Source: a virus. From it: a stretch of 64,000 nucleotides of DNA. Location: positions 8,574-72,573 of IMG/VR virus record IMGVR_UViG_3300012936_000008. One strand, 5' to 3'. Shown in pieces: positions 34,001 to 38,214 of the stretch (position 1 is its first letter; each line of letters opens with the position of its first letter). A model generated the notes under the pieces. The model did not search any database and was not told where the DNA came from. It saw nothing but the letters and a program-made list of their open reading frames with translations. The translations under genes were made by a program, and so were the position numbers.

Positions 34001-34619
34001 GGATTTGAGTCAGTTCAACTTGATCATTACCCGTTCTAGCACGAGGGGGATTGATAAAGGTGATCTCACTTCCAGAAATGGTGTAGTCAGTCTGAGGAAT
34101 CAGCAGGTCACCGTAGATTGTAACTGCAAGGTGCTCAGCAGACACTGGGGACACAGGAGTGCCCAAGAATTTAAGATCAAACGTAGTACGAGTTCCATCA
34201 AAGAACTCCCATGGAGATTCAAGCGCCTGTCTCTTCTTGTTGAACTCTTCCAGGGAGATGCCAGGTGTCAGGATGGCATCAGGACCACGAACAATCTCAT
34301 CATAATAGATAATCTCATTATCGATCATCACTGAACCTTCACGGTCCAGGAAACCATCAATCTGTTCTACTTCGATTAAGTCATCATATACCCCAACGTC
34401 CTTAATAAGAGATGTAGAAGATGTTAAAGTCTTCTGATCATACTCATCGATGTCGAGATACTTAATTAAGTTATTAAGTACATTATAAGGACGACCTGTT
34501 TTCTCCTGTGATCGATAATACTCGATTAGGAAATTTACAAGTTGCTCATCCTCATAGCGAATAAACTCTGGGAGTTGATTAGCAACTCTGTCAGAAATGT
34601 TGATCGTTTTTCCAAACAT
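13050..34619 (-). CDS. gp7: Giant baseplate wedge initiator, gp7-like (7189 aa), multidomain
   Basis: N-terminal ISDRVANQLPEFIR..FLIEYYRSQE, IKDFYVSKGT..LFKILFG, and KIQDSFFYQNFSYVIKS..HPVG. Lies directly downstream of gp6. Also contains YHYH-like, beta-propeller-like, two LamG-like, CBM-like and Ig-like segments plus helical CxRD repeats. Confidence 0.88.
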   Translation of the reverse strand: MFGKTINISDRVANQLPEFIRYEDEQLVNFLIEYYRSQEKTGRPYNVLNNLIKYLDIDEYDQKTLTSSTSLIKDVGVYDDLIEVEQIDGFLDREGSVMIDNEIIYYDEIVRGPDAILTPGISLEEFNKKRQALESPWEFFDGTRTTFDLKFLGTPVSPVSAEHLAVTIYGDLLIPQTDYTISGSEITFINPPRARTGNDQVELTQILYYVGFADSVIKELVIPPVEDLSGGDSMTMEYDSLPYSPIAEIGLIINRNAVLQRPYIDYVLTDNNTRIKFFVNISNQDTFHIRSIEYVSPTVGQGAEAVTRVGSNGEIDRIIVKEGGKGYELNFAPKLSIFSSTGIGEAAAGRTLVNGIKNAQLIRGGQGYTSYNPPVVQITPPSDLINGSQASATIQVDDETGMVSGIEITNSGSGYDFIPAITFINPNGADISDPVIDSEGRLVVGSIQVTATGVGYSNPPAIYIDPAPEDGIDAAASCSVSPDGQVVSVTINNRGRGYTSAPRARIIQPVGAQVLDVSVANGNVTNINLLTGGSGYTDAPSVYIVDDRKGPLGESIGGTGAEAVATIFNGEITDINIINFGTGYSDTEPPKVYIAEPAASQASCDVGFGEVTGFTILSSGRKYEPSALKGCARGVSDVAAFDDYHNQIFAAETQLAQSSHSENAVVHNLDSMIITQVFDKFRRQYMPTIDIDYSQVNPVKVIKKIKDFYVSKGTKKATQYLFKILFGEQIDVYYPRDEMITPSAASWVVDTILRAELISGNPQDLVDAQLIQPADVVDQNIKDASVLIENVISIIEGTDVIYELAISEETLNGEFKIPYKTVLVEPLSTTEGIITVDSTIGWPEKNGTIIIDDIETVQYKEKSLNQFIECTRSKNGVVEDWDPGTTIHSDIFVYANRGQSTEVKLRILGIAEAGTTVLEDSGSYYLPGDKLNVAALGSTDEDERLQSWLYNVKKLIKVSGIIPGGLNRTATVTCENPHGLLVEDTVTIYGANPAVYNGTFEVTARLDEFTFSYLIPVPTDIEPQGNILLSVDLNRGKSTQTTIDEVISLFTSNIQNSFFNNDYVYVAASGLPNYKVGPFVGSALIPGNQRKLLRFPRRVETVSTRTTVAPNTPIGAWVNGVSAWGYKDQEFVTFGPITGIEILESGEDYDAGSKPALEISGGGGSGAAASVIVNGSLSSVDVTNEGSGYTDQPLISIVGGGGSGATAQAVVTNGRVTRVLVGNPGTGYTSQPTISITGGGGAGALATAQVRGPISGVVLSNRGSGYTSTPTIKLNSGEGALAQPIVINGRLVSIAIINSGEGYTTAPTIYINGDGFGAQATAVIGTLGEDKGKVISVQITNRGVGYTQGNTTVRLEAVGMNAKFEASVFEWNKNLEYGLNSKYDIARGYVFTGFNNQYGGEYAHVSDPKELRYVVGDNVILDPETNTFKEEGTETGAAITHSPILGWAFDGSPIYGPYGYIDPTDQSGGIRRMRSSYRLKANVVYDIDTNPTPARIDGPSLTTYPPGEFVDDYEYAFQQGDLDPYNGRFCKTPEFPDGIYAYFITIDASEAGLPVFPYIIGPQFNSVVDTWNLSQQATQENIPADVSRFRDPYDEVDIDIDRQPNQQSDQLVTEREGDLILFETEDIDGDGIISPNEIATNQVMTEEAALQIYDYFPRVSTESRVDIEVETTTKFENAQIDGFVIENPGVSYQVNDTLFFDNTGTDGFGASAQVESVQGAGIAQYRKEVINDIPYGRITTTVDHELIAQDEVIVNSRVITENTNKRFYMSVVTGIDSINIVQSGIGYNEAIPPSYEIISPQGQDVELDIDLDVTTGKIGAVNIINSGFNYSVDEPPQIRVSHPQRFKKTYYWSTLFKETAQGGKFKIHDSAVTAERELYICGELVQSNGDSSAFVAKFNDLGSVIWDRSLLPSASIKQARWKKMYLDETSEENTLIYLIGETESQGTSGYNPDILVAKYESGLDNANNPEGILRWQKEIAGVSGSTRRDYAGDIHLDDEQRIYICGWTDTNSPDPDDIWVMQLNNFGDVIEKRKFASNSEGEQMHQLHYIGDNKVIFCGIDGDNEDLIFGEMEYDGANIELTYVKRLAVSGGSVQRPQFVLDEYNDLFFVCDMWNGTKNYGVAFFKIAMDQIKLTAAAPEWQFAKIMAPTVTFESIKHSGITTDVFGNVNVVTEIKYSDNELTGNIASFKYDGTLLNQTDIWKTATDVGFFTNTHAVDNSGDILIPTLVQNPDQTVVHRFEDEVNLTADATKQDLAASITVFNAGQIASDNTQYKFGSRSLKFQDTNSLVWQDLNLNDDWTVVMWVRMESTHTANNPRINMITAVDDAGADVQFVIQGDSNDGNFGKVALEINPVSGGSTTVWSVGSTYWTAMSDSQWHHIALVKEEPTLGSYVYSCYFDGVQVATAITVNDVVMNDLTVGASQSGPLIGNTFLGNIDDLVVDPKAVYTGASLQVPTEQYRITTTDSDIELIKFDRLHSKRGTYTPSSSARSGENLRLEDIDSGSGGINVNNLSNPVITVWSVGSSGLQILDYSDVISTLAPGTYTFVQDRYTYSTKTSTIPTPLGRKLIIEPVVLPKYYLRDAGYQKIDAVKEFVFNQDIKFEKGSIIQQVNNIGVVQAYGTIVEVPVGSIDNPGLGTTYKVGKIYGNFNNTNKFQNELGEENRIDEISFDVTRSQPAWEASKAYTTNEQVWSDGKIYYATNTATSGSTAPTHEIGAVTDGSVIWQYISAAPNIEVNLLDYPWPTPTDADPWAETRSYSLNDTVYFGRNKYTCTVAGTSGTVAPTHTTGTATDNSVTWTYTSTYDPLQNYASFRPFSLSDYRVTILNTYPGSDFIIGDVVSLGNSITAGIKEDTDDKIAEVAGLNTVSSIRLTVNLNKDIIRTAENRTDLIYCSALSPHNFNVNDILFVEGFTTDQFNGSFFVKEVFSSRDFIYRMRSTADADPLFLQGAISRVKIASKHPTLLLVRNHSYIFDLSDVSNFGYYLSFAQDNQFKLEYSFNVIEREGTPGLSSATETPVVKFTIGGEVTNITYYFDPSRTGETSPVGTNSFIDVIKTPFDGRFTITEVLSDTEFRFPLLTEPEFTNAEIGLDDQDVPNTIYSTTSTKAIGPINSIKLISPGGFYKKLPVIQDISSDRKIEKLRVTAEGTEYAPGVYTQIPIDGDGEGGLCNITIELDAETGSGAISDVALTDPGKGYTFGTIDIDGIPGILGPTLSGSGGAIEVVIPAEGTGAAVFLTGRQIGKIKTLKNNEFGYGYSHDYTLRPEIAFPINLQLFNTSILSQITITNPGAGYTSAPAVLISGGGGSGAEAEAVVKNNRLSEILIKNPGAGYSSQPVVTLKSEFTYVVNLDLNYLQFNFPHGITTGAEVQFRADAIGSQVGILPKPSSVGLTSLSSTTTYYAIAGDINGLESDQLRFALTPVDAESGNFITFLTQGDGRQVLLTEVFGGQATAVVETSRFLEGEEVFQGEVYENATAFGIVSENDGWQIQPKILKVTNPDGDFVVGGKVQGVVSRASGIIDNINIAKGVLNIDAITRTAGRFTDDVGKPSEIVQKIQDSFFYQNFSYVIKSQIPINRWKNQILQNNHPVGFNMFGQLELTGGKDISGRKVAADFTKQVNINEYTNVNEITSFGAAQPIYSTFNNSEVLFRKKRLTNSEEILTSIVKKIDSISNQFDGVKKAFPLQVEGEQVIVKDNQLLITLNGVIQAPGASYQVVGNQIVFSEPPRPDSKVVYRNIGFDIMPITRLNLNTIAGIFPSIGDTINGFSSQATARVVATGATSIDVVDISGGQFDLNERVDVGRTAFSALIGSIDKSFTKLFLQNIGGTFNTPLIGDIVIGQTTGARATISSIDLTEQSIQVTDMSNGYFDRGEDVTFFNAGYGANILNVDSVNYKTIFEFGETVTSLDNDTAVIEETNLDLDGNVSDKIVLSKTSGTAEYETGQYKIFLNDIIYSAASNIAARITNISPYRDPITSINLERPSNVTGEWTTFVEGDQFRGLTSGASGEVVRIDFEASPPVLYYLRKSEKNLNLDYANLDPDDGEPTSVNETIQRYFNDANGNEVLDSLTETTVGDARVGDVVDTLVINKGSTFFGMIFERLISLTNANVILDDVSKTTITPVEILDSANRINSDFLDFEEVRSTEIEYDGLTGGTLAQGDDLRSIQVTYGNPVTDSLNRWKDAGRMIEFNRQEIIDFSNAEISVHHPGFYYPGDNATDQWSRFADAYRLITKNKEYIIEKSYVDMVAQYPSLTIPSGTACRRDIGKFIEALSMDMFQGGTVYTRKLLKKYFSTDETTFLYINGEEQATEYAFEQALGYMKNALTNDLTGSEVVSGITFVKYNERSTGGSTGTGITADPSPGNNYGTPGSNSQNYGTNNCSDVQSALQTLFDNVSEVLLAGSLNDLIDLAEPSAYSANEAKCRRDIGLMIDALALDIAGDGNYQIVEFAKKYFDNAGSPISNGLVGELAESITAFRKAGEMCRKAINNLLYVQVNTRTSETGYMLNDPTTYAGPYLGSSGTSVEEFDVSAAAYVPNSGIMTLTIGSHSLTTSDSVRIRPYSLRFTCASDGDASFHSYPRTGDPGFNSDLPISAVTATTIEVNVGASLLVQFTPTAAAYDPATGVMELTIGSHSLSIGDSITIAQDSLTFTCTKDANATTHTYPRASDPANGSYLSISATTATTITVNVGASPTAEQYPHTFVSSTNNSISSGGGYAHTFIDAESNAVFRGGGTEAAYYDPNYYSGRNESIGNCADVQAGIHTLVELAATTIASGSLATINALSVVSDGSYQENENLRVFKVSYKDPGASGFFTPGDTIKGVNSGATFSAKGTNSGLKWLFTDSITGSFQDREFITNSKITVPLIQFTPSAATYDASTGVMELTIGSHSLTTTDSITIAQDSLTFTCTKDSNATNHTYPRSTDPANNKKLPITATTGTTITVNVGASPDGEQYTHTFVSADANSVSHTKVSLTTLQKKSGTKSLRLDAGGYLSHSLSDVAKFETNDFTIEMWIRPTTLSGVQFLWDTRTSGAAETGSPVLYLNGSTINWWYNGSDQISAAHNLSTNAWHHVAVSRTTNITKVWVNGTQVGGDYTDNNNYLERAFKLGADLTGANGFVGWIDNIIFKKGVSDYTATFTPGFTYPTSTNNISFGMSMELPFILSDRERFGTYTGQTNSTATAKSVDYDNKQFIIEDINLSRDEHRKCADLIELNYDWIAEVAVGLMKEKYSDFLIPGDSADGVGVQVGTNKCLRDTKEYILKAVVEDIRYGGNYNSVIAGRGYLTKEGGLNYVGNELLQSIYTWTELATVINFVITTTSGDLENFNGTKYTDLLRVPNRFTSPASATVTNEITSLCNTIADIIGPTGDRFRDAGDAIWKNRDYIANEVVGWLQAEYIRDINDTTYDFLTMPGYGEPYCLRDLKQHILPAVVTDLITGGNSATQYVIDQYIDPNSQIIHIENELAPMLDAFKYTKKLVHHAINNTLLTQGTTASNIGVSQEFQDDYYVAQYTDIAVYRDDTITIDPKGYEGGNSSDVDKNLDTANLLSANKHVIASEAVYTMNGMSKYLDLAIPGGAQNCIDDVIDIIDSIIHDLRFGGNSRTWDAAKLYLNDEDGSLKHVESELDAARDVMKIAAEICILTMRNGFGRENLYIYDPEGGGVDPVTGDPLSGGSSLNNVDASTYERNAVDDRFIDAANVIERNIRLIAEEAVAQGRAQFPSLNINGQSGSGGVELTPSNVTYNHTSGLLTIDTTENHNLSTGNRITIRPGSLVFTCTQDSNATEHVYPRSSDPAWGSSLAVTVVDANTMTVNVGVAATEFQYAHTFVSAEQDAITTNGYIDCVHDVADIVEAAVWNLRHGGNNKVFMAAELYASGSNLQHIVGVSTESIWIVNKARDLALQSMRNETITITAAHGQTQKFYADLDYFPYNVGGYSITADTANPKCADVASAITTLMTIVTDTITTPASIGDGTITKTMPYIWPIKYSPEYCERDVTITYEMGAEWNTTCATQATTIESLFDLVIDTVTVASSGSPSPTHLSTVTRNTGYNSNTAYQYYTCYNVTSASESLFDLMIESLGGGSKSDQRVAKRILFNKHVVAGKAFAEVQTAYPTTNADLSFGENLINGLLYDLNTGGNVGVLRLVNTWFDGEGNFIAFPNITKQHLLWYVTRVSEYAKRICDDYNDVLVGGEFYQYDVFQDETHFGTGAIDNRFEYEKESSQFKIDSSLNAAYFAISRGTPPSQNSVQWTNNVHATNLRNLYNEGTDWNTDPDLVINTPSVEVGYENREHRLIIQRPNFYSRGDILSYSIASGDVEPALTGQDYYYVLNATPTQFEITKEIRHDARFRRFAVDTRLTGAQQLQAPVRSGIHRKPTTFGTRDVDNPVSGGFNLADVVVGTTSDASSEIVRTRNNEAEIVKLYRRYNISGATGRFTVGEQVQVQGAGANNAIVLQTSTLTGDNEDEGWIYIENVTGSISETQVLEGVDSGITATIVGQGTDRMLVNIDRGAFANGEIIFNKGNGAEATIVSYENSAGSLTSNLGGRVTIDIETLQDDFIDGDIIYGSITDKILDIGNITKTGFKDIELNQFLHAEKVIECNINNVLRDQGFTGDFAAGDIVYLLSGSVPKIPGWTAMVTDYQYDPDNGIHKIWIANLQPYGADANGVTTTDPAELLAGGTGLGRFENLNNFPIISCDIISQTVTDYTSYGKVAGKAISGNTGRLWLEDVNGDFPSNLTVKSDYGWYAAVSQSKNLLGRCDRFFRGFDGSADSFKLTVNNGEAYFPDPAGHLLVFVNGVLQPPGANFAYTAFSDQIQFTEPPTIGSEFIGYYVGKLRQLDDISFEFDSLRSSFNLKYQGGFYSLTLTEGVSSNTILPENNIIVSLNGVIQEPGVGYELVGSRIIFAEIPRAGSTFVAFSYIGSDADVIAATVVPPIEAGDILQIEGEADPREVALIESSNSLITFEYTGTVKGRNAEALADIKSGEITKAIITAPGDGYTTRPNVDVVSSTGFDGRVRALMGLMRIDVKTPGIGYAQPAVTVETVVDDDFVVPSGPAVNQGFDTYAGEGTDAQGNPIVITPGYINIVSQPVNVTVNQDQTAQFTVVGQFVNSSDNQVGTTALNYQWQRKQYGETDWNNITGSTLAIYTSNPAEQADDGDEFRVAITAAGATPVYSNSVILTVQTGATIINNFNPTQIFQ
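17140..21052 (-). repeat. Four copies of a ~90-aa beta-rich module inside gp7 (about 20815-21052, 20510-20800, 19735-20035, 17140-17445)
   Basis: Consensus AxY(D/N)xxxGxMxLTIGSHSL..D.I.I...SL.FTC..D..AT.H.YPR..DP.....L.I.A.T.TTI.VNVGASP..QY.HTFVSA; similarity is also visible at DNA level between the middle copies. Confidence 0.85.
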
Positions 34620-34626
34620 TTATCTC

Positions 34627-36885
34627 TTAGAAACAGGAGTCGAGTTCTGGATACGTGAAGGATCCAGTAGGGTAGTTGATTGTATTTATGTTGCTGCCAC
34701 CATAGTTCCATCCGTTGAAATTGAATGGGTCAAAGGCGTCAACAGCACCAGGCTGAGTGTTAATATCTCTTGGGAAGATCCTCGGGTTGAACAACGTCGG
34801 GTCTACACCAGGTGGAATAGTGATTGATCCAGTTGAGGGAAGAACCACCACAGGAATACGAGTTGTACCATCAGGAGTATCAGCCACATCGAGAGGACCA
34901 ACACAAACTTCGCCAGTTTCATAATCAACAGATCCAACAACGTCGTTCAGAACGACTTCCTTTTCATTTCTATTTGTTACCATGATGATATTACCAATAC
35001 CGTCATCACGAAGGTTCACAGGAACCAAGGTTTGAGTTGAGGCAGTCTGACTATTGACAAGAACGTCTTCTAGGTCGGTACTACCACCAGCAATAGTATT
35101 TGAAGTAGTAGGATTCAGAAGAGAACCTGCTGCTTCACCAGCAGCGATCAGATCAGCAACATCTTCGGTATAACCAGTTGCATAGAAGGTGCCAGACTTA
35201 ACAGAGGAGAACTTAGGTTTGCAACTTCCGCTACCACCATTGCCACCACCATTAGGATCGCCATCACCACCGCCGTTTCCGCCGTTACCGCCGCCTCCGT
35301 TAGGATCGCCGTCACCATCACCATCGCCAGTGCCGCCTCCACCGCCGCCAGAACCGCCTGGGTCGCCGTCTCCACTACCACCATACCTATTGGGGTCAGT
35401 GATTGGGTTATTAAAGTTCAGACACTGTGAGAACTGGTTACCAAAGGTAAATTTGTCAAGATTCTGACCGATACTCATTTGAGTAGTAGTACCACTGATA
35501 GCAGAATCAGCAGAGTCGATCATTGAGTTGAACTTAGACGGTTCAAGACGACCACCAAAGCGGTTATCTCTGTTTTGACCGTTATACTTATCAACAGACT
35601 TCAACACGGCCGCGGCAAGTTCATTTGCAGAGCGACTTGTGTTGTTTCCGTTGAATGCAAGATGAACTGTTGGGGAAATATAGAAAATAGTCGGGTCAAC
35701 GATCACAGGTTGGATCGATGCCATGGAGTAATCAAGAAGTTGGTTCTTGATTCTCTGTTTTGTAGTAGTGTTCAGATTCACACCACTCTTTGTACGAACG
35801 GCAACATACACTTTGCCATATTCGGGCGGAGACAGCTTCTCCCCGCCGTACGCCGTCACTGATGCAGCAGAAGGATACAGTTTGCTGACCAGATAGGCAT
35901 AGTCGTTCTCGGTAACTGCTCTATTTTGCACAGAGAACCCTTTGGGTGCCCTATACTTGATGCTCAGAGCGGATTCACGGTCCTCACCGTCTGCTGCTGT
36001 CTCAACAGTCTTCAATGTAATGGCATTAGGCAGCACAGGACGACCAATAGAGTCGATTGAACGTCCAATGAACCCAAATTTCTTGGCACCATTCGCTTCG
36101 GGACCATCTGTATCAAGATATTCGACAGTAATGAACTCATTGTCGATCAATTTGCGTCCCAAAACGCCATCACCGAAGGTAACCTTGTATCTAAGGTCCT
36201 CAGTTTCCTCTAAGAAGTAAGTTCTGGACGTAGATTCCAGTGCAGTGACGTTATCTGAGATAGAATACTCGTCAACTTCGACAGATTGCTCGTTAGGACG
36301 AACCAAAACCTTCATTCTGTCGGTATCTACGTTCTCAGCAGGGATTATATACTCAGGTTTCTTCGTATCATCAACAGTAAAACTGTATGTGAGCAGATTT
36401 CCTTGATAAATCAACATTTTGTTGAATGTTGCCAGTCCAGTTGACTGATCAACAGTCGCTTCAATGTCAGAAAGGTTCGCAAAGATGAAAGCATCGCCTC
36501 CAACAGTCGCTACGAACACATCACCCTTCATGATTGTGATCGAATCAGGGTAAGATTGTCCACCTGGCAGTAAAGTTGCCTTGGCGGTCATGGTTATACA
36601 TGCTCTGGACGCTTTTCTAGACCTTGGAGTGTATCCAATCTGCTTAGCGATCCTAACAATGTTGTCTCTAACAGTAGCAGACTCCAAAAATGACTCATTC
36701 ATCGACATGTTAGCCGTGAACGAAGCATAATATGTGTTGTATGCTAAGATATCAATCAAATATGAGGCAGCAGATCCCTCAAAATCATAATCAGAGAACT
36801 CTCTTCTGGTTCTCAGGTACGATTTTATAGATTCCTTAATTTCAAAGAAGTCTAGGGAGGTTAATTCTGATGGTAGTGCTGCCAT
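34627..36885 (-). CDS. gp6: Baseplate wedge subunit, T4 gp6-like (752 aa)
   Basis: LDFFEIKESIKSYLR..FSDYDFEGS..LIDILAYNTYY, ESFLESATVRDN, FGDGVLG, QNRAVTENDY, PPEYGKVYVA. Confidence 0.95.
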   Translation of the reverse strand: MAALPSELTSLDFFEIKESIKSYLRTRREFSDYDFEGSAASYLIDILAYNTYYASFTANMSMNESFLESATVRDNIVRIAKQIGYTPRSRKASRACITMTAKATLLPGGQSYPDSITIMKGDVFVATVGGDAFIFANLSDIEATVDQSTGLATFNKMLIYQGNLLTYSFTVDDTKKPEYIIPAENVDTDRMKVLVRPNEQSVEVDEYSISDNVTALESTSRTYFLEETEDLRYKVTFGDGVLGRKLIDNEFITVEYLDTDGPEANGAKKFGFIGRSIDSIGRPVLPNAITLKTVETAADGEDRESALSIKYRAPKGFSVQNRAVTENDYAYLVSKLYPSAASVTAYGGEKLSPPEYGKVYVAVRTKSGVNLNTTTKQRIKNQLLDYSMASIQPVIVDPTIFYISPTVHLAFNGNNTSRSANELAAAVLKSVDKYNGQNRDNRFGGRLEPSKFNSMIDSADSAISGTTTQMSIGQNLDKFTFGNQFSQCLNFNNPITDPNRYGGSGDGDPGGSGGGGGGTGDGDGDGDPNGGGGNGGNGGGDGDPNGGGNGGSGSCKPKFSSVKSGTFYATGYTEDVADLIAAGEAAGSLLNPTTSNTIAGGSTDLEDVLVNSQTASTQTLVPVNLRDDGIGNIIMVTNRNEKEVVLNDVVGSVDYETGEVCVGPLDVADTPDGTTRIPVVVLPSTGSITIPPGVDPTLFNPRIFPRDINTQPGAVDAFDPFNFNGWNYGGSNINTINYPTGSFTYPELDSCF
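35229..35382 (-). repeat. Gly/Asp/Asn low-complexity insertion in gp6, with GDGDP(N/G)GG three times
   Basis: GGSGDGDPGGSGGGGGGTGDGDGDGDPNGGGGNGGNGGGDGDPNGGGNGGSG; locally GC-rich ccg/cca repeats. Confidence 0.85.
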
Positions 36886-36886
36886 T

Positions 36887-37300
36887 TTAGGTGCGTTCTA
36901 AAAGGAATTCGATTTCTTGGACGAGTTCTTCACCAACAATTCTATATTGGATCGATACATCGACCTCTTCCTCATTATCAGAGAGAATCACATCCACATT
37001 AACGACTTCTACACGCGGTTCTAGTCGAGTAATAGTGTTTTCAATCTCATCACGCAGATCTTCCGCTGTAAATACATCGAAAGGTTCAAATAAAAGTCCT
37101 CTGACACGAGAGCCTATGTCCATTTGGAAAGGTCTCTCTCCGAATTGTGTCATAACTAGGTTCCTAACTGCTTGCTTGATGGCATTTTCATTCGTTACCG
37201 AACTAAAATCCTCAGTATTAGGGTTCATCGAGAAGGAGATTGCGAAATCTTTATACCCTCTCGACAAAAATTGCTCAGATCGGAACCTGTATCTCGCCAC
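36887..37300 (-). CDS. gp25: Baseplate wedge subunit, gp25-like (137 aa)
   Basis: AIKQAVRNLVMTQFGERPFQMDIGS..LLFEP..IENTITRLEPRV; adjacent to gp6. Confidence 0.93.
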   Translation of the reverse strand: MARYRFRSEQFLSRGYKDFAISFSMNPNTEDFSSVTNENAIKQAVRNLVMTQFGERPFQMDIGSRVRGLLFEPFDVFTAEDLRDEIENTITRLEPRVEVVNVDVILSDNEEEVDVSIQYRIVGEELVQEIEFLLERT

Positions 37301-37315
37301 TTTGTCTGATTTATA

Positions 37316-37492
37316 TCAGTGTTCTTGTTTATTTATAGGTTCAGCGGCAGGATTATATTTTAGGAACTCCCTAAAAGTCATTTTCATCTCTCTTTGAGAC
37401 ATTCCGCAGTGCATTGCGGCGTGAGGAAGGTTCATTGTGGCATGAAAAAGTGCCTCATTCGACTCCCTCACTAGTTCAGGTGTCGTTTTCAC
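37316..37492 (-). CDS. Small conserved hypothetical protein (58 aa from GTG 37492)
   Basis: GTG 1 nt after the upstream stop; ...NEALFHATMNLPHAAMHCGMSQREMKMTFREF. Confidence 0.65.
   Translation of the reverse strand: MKTTPELVRESNEALFHATMNLPHAAMHCGMSQREMKMTFREFLKYNPAAEPINKQEH
37330..37337 (-). promoter_or_regulatory. T4-type late promoter (TATAAATA) upstream of gp25-gp6-gp7
   Basis: Perfect T4 late consensus 29 nt upstream of the gp25 start. Confidence 0.7.
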
Positions 37493-37493
37493 C

Positions 37494-37643
37494 TTATCTA
37501 CCTTGACCTCTATACTTTTTTTGTTTAACATTCCGAGATGTAGCTGCATATTTTGTGTTTTTAGATGATCCTTGACGGGTTACCTTGGGTTTTCCAGGCA
37601 TCCAACTGGTTCCAGAGATCCCAACCTTTGCTCTTGTTGCCAT
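37494..37643 (-). CDS. Small, very basic protein (49 aa), not in the ORF track
   Basis: MATRAKVGISGTSWMPGKPKVTRQGSSKNTKYAATSRNVKQKKYRGQGR; preceded by an AAGGAG RBS; contains no acidic residues. Confidence 0.75.
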   Translation of the reverse strand: MATRAKVGISGTSWMPGKPKVTRQGSSKNTKYAATSRNVKQKKYRGQGR

Positions 37644-37661
37644 AATACTCCTTTAAGGACA

Positions 37662-38204
37662 TCAAGATGATAGCACATTAGGGCTGCCATACGCAACCAT
37701 GCTATTACAAGGGTAAGACCACCCCATCCAACCAGGAGTTCCGACTCCAAGAGGGTCCAAAACGCGACCAACAGGAAGTTTGCAAGCAAAAACAGTCAGA
37801 GTCGAAGAGAAAAGGAAACGAATATGACCTAATCCTGCATTATCTTCGATAGTCAACCATGAACATGGCTCAGGAGTGGGCACTGGACACACACCTTTAC
37901 CGCATGGGCACATGTAAATGATGATATTTGTGCATGTAGAGGCATGTGGAGTGAACACATCACCAAAAGTCATGGTCGGTAGACCATTTGTGAGCACCAA
38001 AGCCTTGACAGCAGTCAGTGGTGAGGCAGGAACTAGTGGTGTAGGGGGCCACCAGCATGTCCATTCCTTAATAACGATGCTGTAAGGGATCGGTGGAGTC
38101 TTACAGAACTGTACAGAGTGGACAGTAGGGGGTATACAGATGCCATGACCGCTACATGGGAGTCCTGTGATAGGTGCTACTGGTAATAAAAGTCCGTATG
38201 CCAT
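37662..38204 (-). CDS. PAAR-like spike-tip protein (gp5.4-like), Cys-rich (180 aa)
   Basis: CSGHG..PPT, VLTNGLP...GDVFTPH, TVFACKLPVGRVLDPL and C..VAYGSPNV pseudo-repeats; lies upstream of gp25. Confidence 0.75.
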   Translation of the reverse strand: MAYGLLLPVAPITGLPCSGHGICIPPTVHSVQFCKTPPIPYSIVIKEWTCWWPPTPLVPASPLTAVKALVLTNGLPTMTFGDVFTPHASTCTNIIIYMCPCGKGVCPVPTPEPCSWLTIEDNAGLGHIRFLFSSTLTVFACKLPVGRVLDPLGVGTPGWMGWSYPCNSMVAYGSPNVLSS

Positions 38205-38214
38205 GATTAATTAG

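Noticed and set aside
13050-34619. Intein or intron in the giant gp7
   Set aside because: No C-terminal HN-C/S/T intein signature or homing-endonuclease motif was recognised, and the frame is continuous.
521-36220. Many plus-strand and off-frame ORFs of 60-330 aa in the track
   Set aside because: They lie wholly within long, recognisable minus-strand genes and have no motifs; they are explained by codon bias producing antisense open frames.
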